A DNA stretch of 63,970 nucleotides, filler included, from Klebsormidium nitens (taxonomy: Eukaryota; Plantae; Klebsormidiophyceae), in assembly GCA_000708835.1 (NCBI GenBank). It is 6 parts of 6 records of this genome, joined end to end, with 100 filler letters (N's around TTAATTAATTAA, not from the genome) between each part and the next. Parts side by side here need not be neighbours in the genome. Positions count along the whole stretch, not along the records: positions 1 to 31,392 come from DF237759.1; 5 more parts are not named here. The stretch is one strand, 5' to 3'. The translations under genes and the position numbers were made by a program. Under the pieces are notes generated by a model. It was not told the DNA's origin, searched no databases, and was given only the letters and a program-made list of their open reading frames with translations. Shown one piece after another: positions 13,001-25,774 of the stretch (positions are counted from its first letter, which is position 1; each line of letters starts with the position of its first letter).

Positions 13001-16000
13001 GGGGGGTCTCAACGCAGCTCCCAGGGGGGGAGGGGTTTAGAAAGCCTTCTCACTCTGACGCAAGCGGCTAATAGGGCAAAGACGGCAGGGGACAAGTCCC
13101 CGTTAGACGATATGGGGCTCGCCTCGCCGGATGACTGGCGAGGGGGCGGGGGTGCTAGTCAGGAAGTCGGCGAGGGTCGTACCCCGGCTTTCAAGCGGAG
13201 CCGGTTCAGCCAGGAGGAGGGGGATCCCTCCACAAAACCGGGGGGGAGCAAGGCGCTGGACTTCAGCGGTGCGGAAGGGAATGATGAGGAGGGGTTAGTG
13301 GACGAGGCGATCATGACGCAGGTGACGCAAGGTTTCAGCAAGGGAGTCGAGAGCGCGGATCGAGAGTTGTACGAAGCGTTGGCGGGGCTGGGGGGGTCGG
13401 ACGACGAAGAGGGGGGCGAGGGGGGCTGGGCGGTGGGGGTTGAAGAGCGAGGGGTCCCGAGGCCGGCGCAAAAGTGGAAGGGCAAAACAGCGAAAGAGGA
13501 GGGCGGATCGTCGCAGGAGTTGTTGGATATTTTGGAAATGCTGGGGGGGCAGAACGGGCGGAAAGAGAACGGGGAGGGGGCGGACGAGAAGGTGGCTGAC
13601 GTCAGCAGGTTGAGGGGCGGTGGTCCGACGCTGTCCGACGACGCTGGGTGGTCGGAAGAGATGGGCAGGGAAGGAGAAGAAGCGGAGAGGAAGGAAGAGG
13701 CGAGTGTGCGGCGCAACAGTCAGGCAGGGGGTGTGGGAAAGGGCAGAGAAGGTCTCGTCAAAAAGCCAGGGAACGGCTCTGGGCTGCATGTAGAGCGGCC
13801 GAATGCACTCGCCCCGCCACTCAGAAAGCCAAAGACCGAGCCCGAAGAGGGTGAGCCAGTCGGACGGCCCGTTCAAAGCGGTGCCGGGCGCTTTCCTGGC
13901 GTTTTTGCCTGCTGGCAGGGGCCGGCGAACGGACCAAACACAAAGACCGAGGAAAGGAGCGGAAGCGAAGGCGGGTCGATGAAAGATCCGTCCAAAGATG
14001 AGTGCACCGGGCAGCAGCTTTCGCTGCGAGAGCAAATGCGGCGGCAAAGGGACCGCCGGCCGACAGGGGCTGCCAAGCTAGTCGGGAGGGAGCATAAGCG
14101 CGAGAAGAGGGGCGAGCAGAACAAAAGTACAAGCAGCGTCGACATGGGCAGGGAGGCGGCGAGCGTTCGAGACAACACCCAGGTTGCGGAGGCGTCGAGA
14201 CCAGCAAAGGCTGCCAGGTTCGGGGTCCTGTCATTCGGGGGGCGGAAAGGGGGGGACGTGCGGTTGAGGACCCCCAAACCGGAAGCGGACGGAGCCAGTA
14301 TTGGTGGGGAGGGCGTATTCGAAGCAAAGGACAGGGTTCAGTCGGAGCTGCGCTCCGCCGTTCTTGCCTCAGACGCAGGAGGCTTGAGCGGAAAAAGTTT
14401 GGGGGGGTTGGATCTGGGGCGTGGATCACAAGCGCCGGGAAAAATGGAGGCAGCATCAGAGGAGCGTTCGGTGTCGCAAGTCGGTGGCCTAAAACGGCGG
14501 AGCGAAAGCAGCGAGCAGCCAGAAGCAAGCAAGCTTGTCAGGATCAAGCGCGAGCCCCTGAGCCCACAGCCTTATCCTGCTCGCTCACCGAAGCTTCGAG
14601 GACGTTCGCTGGACGTCCACGTGTCCAGTCCCGTTCGTGCAACAAGCCAGCGGCCCTTCGATGCTGTATCGGAAGCTTCAGCATCTGATGGGACTGACAA
14701 GCTCGGTTGGGCTCCCTTGTCATCGCCACTTCAGGCACCGAAGAGTCCCAGCACGTCCGAGGAGGCGAATGAGGCAACGGACTTGGCTGACTTGAGGCTG
14801 GCAGCCGAACTAGGAATCGCGGAACGGGAAGAGTCCCGAGAAGCGGAGCTGGGCACAACAGAGATCGGAGAGGAAACGCCAGAGCAGGTTTCAGCGACGA
14901 GGGCCAACTTTGACATGCGTCGCGATGACCAACCCCGTGTTGATGGGCGTGCAAATGAGGTTACCGGGAGCGTGACGGAAGAGTACATGGGTGCGCAGTA
15001 CGGGAGTGCAGGGCCGAAAACAGCGGACGGAAGCTTGCAGGCAGAAAGGACTGCACAAGCGGAGCATACCGGGCCAGGATTGTCCCCTCAGCAGCATACG
15101 GCGGCTAGGGACGAAAGTGGGGAGCTTGAAGACATGGAGGCGGAGAGTACGTCGGAGAGTGTTTCGGATTGGGGCAGCAGCGGGGGCAGCGAGGGGGAGG
15201 GGGCCAGCCGCGCGTTCGACGACCTGCGGCTGGCGGAAGAGCTGGGCCTCTTCAAAGAAGAGCTCCCGCCAGATGTTGGCGACGTAGGGCGAGTGAAAAC
15301 AGAGCCTGGGCTTGGAGACGAACTCGAAAGGGCGGAGGATGATGGAACGGGAGGTGAGGAGAAAGGCACGGAGCAAGGGTATGCGGGGAGTTTGCTTGGG
15401 GAGGCGAGGCCTGGGCTTAGAGGAGTGAAAGAGGAGCCGACAGAAAACTGGGACCTTAAGCCCGGGCTTGGCCCCTTCGAAGGTCTGCGTGAAAGTGTCA
15501 GTCCGCCGAGCGAAGTGGCCGCAGCCAAACTGGAGGATGAGAACATGTCAGAGGGGGAGGAGTGGCACGACCAGCCGGGACTGCCGGCCGGATCGGATAT
15601 CGTTTCAGGGAGGCGGGAGTCAGTAGGTGCGGGAGCCAGTGACGGGCTGCCAGCTGGCAATGAGTATGTGGAAGATGAGAAGCAAAGCCCAGTGGCCGAA
15701 ACTGCCAAGCGGTTGTCTCCTGTGGGCACCGAGGGGGCTGAGGGACGCTCCTCGGCGGAAAGAGATGTAAATAAGCCACTGAGTAGAAGTCAGTCCCTAG
15801 ATACGGAAAAGGAGGTCGACCGGTCGAAAGAAGTAAGGGCCAGCCCGCCGTCGCCATTTCGGTCCTCAGGCGAATCGCCGCACCTGGCACAGCCTAGCCC
15901 CTTGAGTCCTGCCCAAGCGAGCGCCTCCCCTTCCAAAAACCCTGCCCCCAAAGACGAAAAGGCTTCCGAACTTGCGTTAGCATTGATTGGGAAGGAGGCG

Positions 16001-19000
16001 GATCTGGAAAATGGCGGAGACGGGTCTGGTGGGACCTTTGTTTGGAGGTACGGCACAGCAGCCCCGTCGGCCGCCCAGCTGCGTGACACGTGGCAGCAGC
16101 ACGGGCTCCACGAGCACGCCTACGGCGGCGCGTTCTACGGCAACCCGAAAGACGTGCCGGAGCGGTCGGCCATCTTTGCCGGGTTGGAATTCAATGGTGA
16201 GAGCAGCGGACAGCGCGGTTGGGGTGTTAACATATCACGCTTCTAAGCCAGCAACATTCGCAGAAATGGAGGATTGGTCAGGAGAAAACGACCGCAAGCA
16301 CGTTTTTCCTTGCGTGGTGGACTTTGGACTTTCTGTTCAAATACTGAAAACATGAGATTTTTACTAGGTCCAGCCAGGTTAAAAGGTGTGCGGATGCGAT
16401 GTGGTGGGCATTTGTTGTTTGTGCTCTTGCAATCTGAGCCCGTCGGGACAAGCAGATCTAGCAGAGGCCTCTGTGGTGAAATTTCCTTAACCTTTTCCAC
16501 AGCGCATGGTCAAACTCCTGAAGCTTCTGTCACTATCTCCGCTTGCTTGCAGTCCGCTCTCGTGCGGTTGCGGATCTGCCCCCGGTCCCCTTCGCCCGGG
16601 CATCAGCCCGCCCAACTAGCCGTGCTCTCATCCTACCGGGCAACCAGGTCTTTCCTCCGGGGGGGTACGTGTCCGCCCCCGTACGGCCACCCCCATCTCG
16701 CGCAGCTGTCGAGCGCTGGCTCGCTAGGCGACAGCGCAGAGAGGAGCGCAAAAAACGGCGGGCCGCTCGCGCGGCTGGGGGCCCCGCGGCGTTCCGCATG
16801 AACCCCAACACGGGGGCGCTGATCCCCGAAACCACGCAAAAGGGGGGGGACGCAAGCCAGGCGAGCGGGGGCACGGACGAGGGGCTGGAAGGGCAGCCAG
16901 ATCCTACCCCCCAGAGCGAAAGCAGCGGGTCTTCCGGCGGGAGTGAGGCGGAAGAAGGAGGAGCGGAGCAGGAAGAGGTGGTGCGGCCGGCTTCGCCCAA
17001 GTACGACGAGGCGCAGGGGCTGGGCACCCCCCTGTTTGCGGCGGGCCCTTCTCAGCGAAGGAGGACCTCTATAGCATCCGCGCGGCAGTCTCAGCGCAGG
17101 ACTGCCGCCGGGGCGTCGCAAGCGGAGCCGCTGCGGCCCACGTCGCCCAAATACGACGAGGCGCACGGCCTCTCGCTGCCGTACCTCGCGCTAAGGCGGG
17201 GCACAAAGCGGACCTCCTTCCAATCCAACCCGATCTCGGTCACGCAGCCGGCACAAGCAAAGCGGGTTCCTGCTTCTGGCCTGATGTCACCTCCCCTCCA
17301 GAGCCCCTCGTTCCGTTCGAAGCCCCCGCTGTCGCCCGCTCACAAGGGTGTGGGGGGGTTCGAAAAGCCGGGCTCACATACCCCGCAGAGCAGAACTCCG
17401 CTCCCTTTCCAATGCACCCAACAGCCCGGCGGATTCGTTACCCCGCCTGCAACCAACACACCAGACGCAATGCCCGAGACACCCTTTCCTCAGCACAGCC
17501 AGCGGGTTCAAACTGAGGCACCGGAACCGGACTCCGGAAGCCCTCGACTTCAGGCAGACAGAAAGAGTGTCAATTTTGCTGAACCCAAAGCGCCAGCCGC
17601 AACAGGTCCCGAGACCGCTAGACAAGGCAACAACGCTACAGAGGGCGTTCCGAACGCTGGGGGCCTGGAGTCGCCGTTCAAGATTCCCCCGCCCCCGACC
17701 AGAGCCAGTAACAATGTTCCCAGCCCAAAGGGGCAAGGCCCCAGTCCTTCGTCAACGTCCACGCCTGCCGTCACGGGTCAGGGAACCACGCCGAAACTCA
17801 TACGGCATAGTGACGTCACGAAAGTTGGCCCAGGTGCCACGTCAGCGCGCGGCGCGCCGTCCCCTCCCTCGCCGGGCCCGACCTTGGGCACTTTGGGCCC
17901 CACCATGGTGTCCCCCAAGCGCGACAGGTCGCAGATCACGCCGCCGTCGCCGGTCGGGGGAGGCACCCCGGTTAGCCAAGTGGGCTTCAGGGACCCGGCG
18001 ATCGCTGGCGGGGGACAGCAGCTGACGCTCATGAGCATCGAGGTACGACGGCTGCGGGTGGGGGCTGTGGCGTGCGAGTTGCTGGTCTGATCATAGCATT
18101 CTTAGTTTGACTCCTCTCTGATTCCAGACATACATTGTTCATCGATTGCCTTATCTTAGCATATTCTTCCTCGCTACTTACCTGTTGGCAGCTCGTTGAA
18201 AGGTCGTTGTTTTCTTGCAATTCTCTTGCTCGGACGTTTGTATGGTCTGGCTTCTGGCGAAGCAAGCGACTGTCTGAAAGCCACCCCAATCCATTCAGCG
18301 GCTCTGCTGGCTCGCCCTCCTGATCCTCCGACTCGATTTCAGTTCAAGCTCCCTGCTGAACGTGTTAAACCAATATTTGCTTCTGTCATTCTGATCACTT
18401 GCACTTTTACGCTCCCATAGATGCACGCCGCCAGCCGCGGCGACCTGCGGCCCGACCCGCGCTACGACGCGGTGGGGTGCGTGGTGGTGTCCATCATGGA
18501 GGACGGAACGTCTGCTGCGGAGGACGCCGCGAGCGCGGAGCCGAGCGGGGAGCTGCAGGAGCACGTGCTGGTGCTCATCGTCGACGAAGCGCTCTCGCAA
18601 GACAAGCAGTACAGGTGGGGAGGTCACGGCAAACCGTTTATCGTCCGTTTTCCGGCTTCGCCTTCCAATTGCCCTCTTATATGCCGAATGGGGTGCTCAA
18701 TTTGAACGATACGCCGCTAATGCAGTGCTTTCGGAAGTGCTGAGTGGCCTGCGCGCCTCTGTCATCCCATTCGCATTCGCGGTCCTGGTCTCCCCTTCAG
18801 ATCCCCTTCAACTGCTTTGCGCATCCATCTGTCTCCCAGCCGGTCCCTGTGCCTAGATACCCTTTGTTCCAGGTTGAACTTCTTCGCTCCACGCCGTCCC
18901 TTTCCGTTCCTTACCCCTACCGTATTCCTCCCCCTCCTTCGGTCCAGGAACCTGGACGCCCTCCCCGGCTGCGAGGTGGTGTACCTGCCGAGCGAGCTGT

Positions 19001-22000
19001 CGCTGCTGCACGCGTTCGTGGCGGTGGTGCGTGCGTACGACCCGGACATCCTGGCGGGCTGGGAGGTGCAGAACGCGAGCGTGGGCTACCTCGCGGAGCG
19101 CGCCGCGCACCTCGGCCTGGGCCTGCTCAAGGCGCTCTCGCGCACGCCGCCGGGGGGCGGGCCAGATGGGCTCGACCAGGTGAGGCCGGCAGGGGCGGCG
19201 CAGCTTGCGGTTTTTGGGAGGGGTTTCTGGGGAGTTGGGGTTTTGGGGCAGTTGGTTCCGCGTTGACCTTTGAGTTTTTGTGAGGCTTTCACGGGCTGGC
19301 CGGCGATGACCGGACTAGCAGGTGCGATGAGGGTTTCGTGAAATTCTTAAGTCGTCGTTTTAAAGACTTGAGGCCAAGTCCAGCGTAAGGATTCTCAACA
19401 TCTAAGAGTGTTTAGACCTCGAGTATGCAAACGTCGAGTTGCGGCTGTACTTTTCCCCTTTTGTGCTTCGTTTGGTTCGTAGATCTGCTTCTCTTGCACA
19501 ATGAATTCACACCGGATTCACCAGCGGTAAGACTGCTCACACTTTACTGACGTGAGAGCCAGCCCGGTCACCATTGCCTTACGCTAGTCAACTCACCCTC
19601 ACCCTCTCAGCCTATTAGCCCACACCCTAGACCTCTGCGATCCCAAACCCAGGCCCCTCCGAGCGGCGCAGCGGAGGTGGCGGGCGGCGGCTGGGCGGCG
19701 CTGGGGCGGATGGACCCCGCGACGGCGCTGGAGGCGGAGAAGGGGATCATCGAGGACGAGTGGGGGCGCACGCATGCGAGCGGGATCCACGTGGTGGGGC
19801 GCGTCGTGCTCAACCTGTGGCGGCTCATGCGCGGGGAGATCAAGCTGCACATTTACTCGCTGGAGGCAGTCGCGGATGCGGTGCTGCGGCGAAAGGTGCG
19901 CAAGGGCTCGGGCAGAGGTTAATGTGGGCTGGGGGTCCGCTGTGATAGTTACGGTAGCATCCTTCAACATCCAAAAAACCAGCTTGTTGAGAGGACGTTC
20001 TCAAAATGTGGCTGAGGGCCCGCCTCCATACTGCAGGAGTGAAGAATTCCCCTTGAGGTTGCTTCTCCGGACCACAACAACTTCTCGCTCTTTGTGTTTA
20101 AGGCACCTTTTCGCTATGTTGTGTTTGCAGCATTCTGCACGGCCGTAAGTTTGGGCATGAGTCGCTTGAGATGCGGCTTGAGGCTTTGGGCTCTCACTTC
20201 GGAGGCAAGGAGAATACTCCCCCCCTTTCTTTCCAACTCTTAACTTCGGAAGCGGAGTTGACGATTGGCCTTTGACCCCAGCCTCCGTCCCTTCCGCGCC
20301 AGGTGCCCTCCTTCCCGTGGCGTACCCTCTCCGGCTGGTTCGCCCGGGGCGTGGCCGGCGGCCGGTGGCGGTGCGTGCGCCACGTGGTGGAGCGCGCGCG
20401 CCTCAACTTCGACATCCTGGACCAGCTGGACTTTGTCAACCGGACGTCCGAGCTCGCGCGCGTGTTTGGAATCGACTTCTTCTCCGTCCTCAACCGGGGC
20501 TCCCAGGTAGGGCTTGCCTAAGGGGGCCAACAAATCGAGGAAAGCGCGGTCCCCTGTTTCATTTTCATTGTGGTTTTCCGTTTTTCTGGTACCCGAGGTC
20601 GTGCGCAGTTGGTTTCGGAAATCCCGAGCTTTGCTCTCTTCCTGAGACGAGCTTCCAGCGAGACTGTGCTGCACAGCCTTTGTGCTCGGCCTTGTAGCTG
20701 AAGTTACGCTCTGCTTCGAGTTATATGCTTACCAGCTTTTCCCTCGTTGGCAGGCTTCGTACCGCGAATCGTTCTCACTTCTCCCTCCGCCTTTCTTGGG
20801 TAAATTCCTTTGCTCTTTCTGGAGCCTCGTTTGCGTCCGCCAAGCAGCCCCCTCTCGGCTACTTTTGTATCTCCTGACGCCTCCGCTCCTTTCGTGCCTG
20901 ATTCGTCGTCACGTGTCTGCAGTACCGCGTGGAGTCGATGCTGTTGCGGCTGGCGCGCAGCCAGAACTACCTGGCCATTTCGCCCAGCCGGCGCCACGTG
21001 GCCGAGCAGCCGGCCATGGAGGCGCTCCCTCTCGTCATGGAGCCCGAGAGCAGGTTCTACACCGACCCGGTAAGCCGCACCGCTTGTGAAAATTGTCGAT
21101 TTTCCACTGCTTTTAGCTCAATACACTTCGAAAAGCTGTTTTAATCGTCGCTGTGAGAACCGGGACGTCGCCGTTTGCTTTTGTAAGCAACGCAAGCGCG
21201 GCGACTCTCAGGACCTTGTGCGTGCCTGTTTTTGCAATCTTCTGGGGAAATGTTGCTCCGCTTAGAGACGCTAGCTTGCTCTTTCCGGACGTCAAGGGAG
21301 GAGATTGGAGACGGCAGTAGATTGAAAACCAGAACTGATTCTGCACAGCCGTTGCGGAGGTTTGTCTTACATCTGGCGCTTTGCCGCCGCCACATCTCAT
21401 CGAGTCCGCATCTGCTGGACCGGGCATTTCTGTGCCGTATCTCGCCGCTCTTTTCTCGGATCGCCCCATTGATGCCACAAGCTTGCAAGTTGAAAGGCTT
21501 CACACTTGTTGCCCGACATGCCTTCATGGCGCAGCAACCTTCTCGTGCCCTCTTCTCGTCACTACAGCTTGTTCTCCCCTCCCCCAGGTGCTGGTGCTGG
21601 ACTTCCAGTCTCTGTACCCAAGCATGATCATCGCGTACAACCTGTGCTTCTCCACGTGCCTCGGCCGCATCGCGCGCGGCAACCCCCGGGTGCTCGGCAT
21701 CACGCAGCTGCACCTCGCCCCGGGCACGCTGCCCGCGCTCAAGGATGACCTCATCCTCTCGCCCAACGGCATCATGTACGCGCCGCCGAAGGTGCGCGGC
21801 CGCTAAATCCGAGTCAATGCGCTTGCTGGTGGTGGTTGAGTGGATGGAGACGACGGTTTTGGTAGTTCGATCAACGACTGTCGGGTCACCTGTCGCGACC
21901 CATCGCCGTTTCTCCAGCCCATTCAGCTTTCTTGCGCTCCGGCAAGTCCTTGCTCTCAAATCTTGCAGACGAGTGTCTGACTGCTGCAGACTACGCCCGG

Positions 22001-24999
22001 TGGCCACGTGCCAGTCTGTCTGTCTGTCTGTCTTTTCATTACCACAACTCGGCCCCCTCCTCTTGACTCATAGCTCTCTTCTTGGGAGCTTGAAGCTTCT
22101 AACCTTTTCCTCCTCGTGTGCCCCAGGTCCGCCCCGGCGTGCTCCCCCGGCTGCTGCATGAGATCCTGACGACGCGCATCATGGTCAAGGCCGCCATGAA
22201 GCGCGCGGGCCCCGGCCAGCGCGTGCTGCAGCGCATCCAGAACGCGCGCCAGTTCGCGCTCAAGCTGATCGCCAACGTGACGTACGGCTACACGGCCGCG
22301 GGCTTCAGCGGGCGCATGCCGTGTGCGGAGCTCGCGGACAGCATCGTGCAGTGCGGGAGGTACACGCTGGAGCGCGCGATAAGCATGGTCGAGAGCGAAC
22401 CGCGATGGGGGGCCCGCGTCGTGTATGGGGACACTGACAGGTGGGGCAGGGTCCAAGATTTATGACTGCCGTTGCTTGGGCGTAGTCATTTGGGTGGAAG
22501 TCATTCGTTTGGCTGAAATCGCTGGGCGTCGTTCCTTCAGGCTTGTCCACGTCTGAGCTCAGAATTGCTCCAAAGCTCTTCTTTTCCAGATACAATTAGC
22601 GCTTGTCTTTCTCAAAAAGATGGTGAGAGGCAGTCGGCGCTTGTCTACGGCGATCTCCCAATCGGAAGGGACCCGAAACTTGCAGCTTCCACTAGAATGC
22701 TTGCCGTTAGTACTACGCTTGCAAGCTCCTCGGGCTCAATCGACTTCAACGAGGGTTGCTCCTCAGCATTTGTAGCGCCTCCCCTCCTCTTCCCCGCAGC
22801 ATGTTCGTGCTCCTCAAGGGCCGCTCGCGCGCGGACGCGCACCGCATCGGCGCCGAGATCGCGGCCGCCGTGACGGCCGCCAACCCGCCGCCGGTCCGCC
22901 TGCAGATGGAGAAGGTGTACCACCCGTGCATGCTCATCACTAAGAAGCGCTACGTCGGCTACATGTACGAGTCGCCCGACCAGAAGACGCCCACGTTCGA
23001 CGCGAAAGGCATCGAAACCGTGCGCCGCGACAGCTGCCCCGCGGTGGCCAAGACCATGGAGCGCTGCCTGCGGCTGCTCTTTGAGACGCGCGACCTGTCC
23101 GCGGTCAAGCTCTACCTGCAGCGGCAGCTCGACAAGATCCTCGCCGGCCGCGTCTCCGTGCACGACTTCGTCTTTGCCAAGGTCAGCGCGGCGCGGAGCT
23201 CCGAGTCCCAGACACGTCTGTCGACGTTCCGCTCGCGTCACCTCCTGGGCTTGATGTGCGAGCGGGAAGAGAACAGAACAGACTGTGGTCGGGTTTCTGT
23301 TTACATAAAGGCGCTAGCAAAGGAGGCGCCCTTGACTGAATTTATACTTGTAATGAGCTCTCATTGCACGATACTTTCGGAGGTGAAAAAACGATTGGGG
23401 CGATCGAGCTTGAACCGAACAAACTTCATCGTCGCGTGCTCCCAGGCAGGACGTCAGTGGTCTTTGCTCTCTTCCGACCTCGCTTTGAACCTTGCACACT
23501 GCTCTTCTTTCACAGGAGGTCCGTCTCGGGTCGTACAGCCCCAACGCCGCGGTCCTTCCCCCGGCCGCCATCGTGGCCTCCAAAGCGATGGCCAAGGACC
23601 CCCGGGCGGAGCCCAAGTACGCCGAGCGCATACGTTATGTCGTCGTGCATGGGGAGCCGGGGGCGCGCCTCGTGGACATGGTAAGGAACCTTTTGAGGGC
23701 ACAATTCATGGATAGGATATGAGTCCCTGCCTTTTGCTGGTTTCTGTGACCCTATTCGCTGGCTCCTGCCTTCACAGACGATTTTTTGCGGGAAGTGGGT
23801 ATGAGTGGTCGATTGCACGGTTGAAGGGCGCTTCCCATTAGTACATTTCGTTGATCTGGTAGATTAGATCAAAAGGTTTCTTGCCCGCTTCCTTTACTTG
23901 ATCACTTCCTTTCGTAAACCTTTCAAGAATCTGAATATGAGGCTGATAAATTTTCTTGCGCGCTTTTCATTACTTGCTCACTTCCCGACGCCGCCTGCTG
24001 TCCAGGTGGTAGACCCTAGCGAGCTGCTCACGCGGTGGGGCGCGCTGCGGCTGCACGGCCCGTACTACATCACGAAGCAGATCCTGCCCGCGCTGCAGCG
24101 CCTCTTCGGCCTCGTCGGGGCCGACCTGCGCGCCTGGTACGCCGAGATGCCCAAAGTTCACCGCCCGCCCCCCTCCAAACGCCCCGCCAGGAACCCCCCC
24201 GCTGCGCGGTGGGGCGACTTCGGGCACGTGCCAAACGGAGGGGAGGGAGTTCCCAGCGTCGGACCCCCCGGGAAGGAGGACGAGGACGGAGCGGAGGGGG
24301 CGGAGTGGGCTATGATTGGCGCTGCGAACGCGGTGGATCTCATTTCGGGGGGGGGGCGGGGACGGTCTTCTCGGCGCGGGGGGGGAGGGACCATCGACCA
24401 GTATTATTTGTCGCGGCACTGCGCGGTGTGTTCGCAGCTGACTCGCGCGGCCGAGACGGTGTGCAAGGACTGCGCGGCGCGGCCGCAGATGGTCGGGATG
24501 GTGCTCACGGGGCGGGCCGCGCGGCTGGAGAAGGAGTACGCGCACCTCGTGGCGGTGAGGACCGCTGCGCCTACTGTAGTTGACACAGCTGCTGGTTTCT
24601 GCTCAGTCAGCTGACATACTTTTGCAGAGCAGAGGCTGAAGGAGTTGGTGACGTGATCTCTCTTGGGCAGCGTTAAGGGCAGAAACCCAACTTGCGGGCA
24701 ATCAGAGGGTACCACTCCCTAAAAGTCCTGTTGGAAGGATACAACAGCCCGCTTACTAAGGCATACCAGATAACTTCGTCCTTTACGGTGCCGCCAGCGC
24801 ATACTGACGCTTGTTTTGTGTGCAGATCTGTGACACGTGCGGAGGCGCCGACGGGTCACACTCTGGGCAGATCGCGTGCACGTCGCTGGACTGTGGCGTA
24901 TACTACGAGCGAGCCAAGGTGGAGATGGAACTGCTCGCCAGCGCAGGACTGGCCAGTCAGTTCGGCACCTACTCAGGGATCAACCGCTTTGTTTACTAG
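10032..24999 (+). CDS. REV3: DNA polymerase zeta catalytic subunit (family B), 17 exons, about 3,077 aa
   Basis: The N-terminus ([49 protein letters not shown]) matches plant REV3. PolB motifs are [26 protein letters not shown] (split by an intron), KKRYVG and KGIETVRRD, with C-terminal CysA/CysB clusters. Exons: 10032-10254, 10483-10623, 10967-11172, 11592-12135, 12375-16196, 16553-18042, 18421-18614, 18948-19179, 19653-19895, 20303-20506, 20923-21069, 21588-21791, 22127-22440, 22800-23181, 23516-23680, 24006-24554, 24826-24999. They sum to 9,234 nt in one frame and all introns are GT-AG. Confidence 0.96.
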
Positions 25000-25774
25000 G
25001 ACGGAAATAGGTATTGGGATTGTAAGAGTCGCAAGCTGGAAGGCATTGAGTCGATCCAGCGTTAACTTTAGATTACCTTGTAGGATGTTGTGCCTCAAAA
25101 GTCAGAACTTGAACCTCAATGTATAGGCGCGCGCGCTCAGGGTAGGTTCAAGCCTTGTTAAGCTTGCGTACATACAAAAGCACAAGCGTAGGAAGAAAGT
25201 TAATACGGTGGTAAAGCATTAAACTGTAATGGCCCACAGGTGCCAGCCTTTGTGGCTCTTGCCACGACAGCGGTCTAATGAGAGTATGGTAGGTCCAGCT
25301 TTACGAATTGTCCGACCTTCTTCGCCAGCTCTAAATAGATACTCGAAGCACGCCATGGCCAGAAGAATATGGGTCTGGTAAAGAACGTTGTGAAGGTTGT
25401 TTGGTTGCACACGGTCATTCCATATCCTTTGCCAATCGATTGTTTCCATCAGTGCATGCCATGCAGACTCCCTGACCAGGAAGGATTGTATCGAATTCCT
25501 CATGCATTGTGACCAGGCCGCCGCCATCATATCATTGGCACAGACGCCGACGTTGCAGACTAAATCTTGTCACTGTGACACGTAACTCTTCTTACGCTGT
25601 GGCTCTTGTAAGCATGATGATGGGTCCAGCGCGTGCACAAGCATGTTTATGCTTGCATGTCGGTTGCCGCAAGACTATGAGATCTATACACGTGTCTAGC
25701 TCCTATCATGTCTTTTAACTCTGGGAGTCAGACATGAATGTTATAGGTATATTTACAAGTTTGAAGTTCTTGTA

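Noticed and set aside
12262-24715. Many long antisense or alternative-frame ORFs over REV3
   Set aside because: Shadow ORFs caused by high-GC coding sequence; no motifs.
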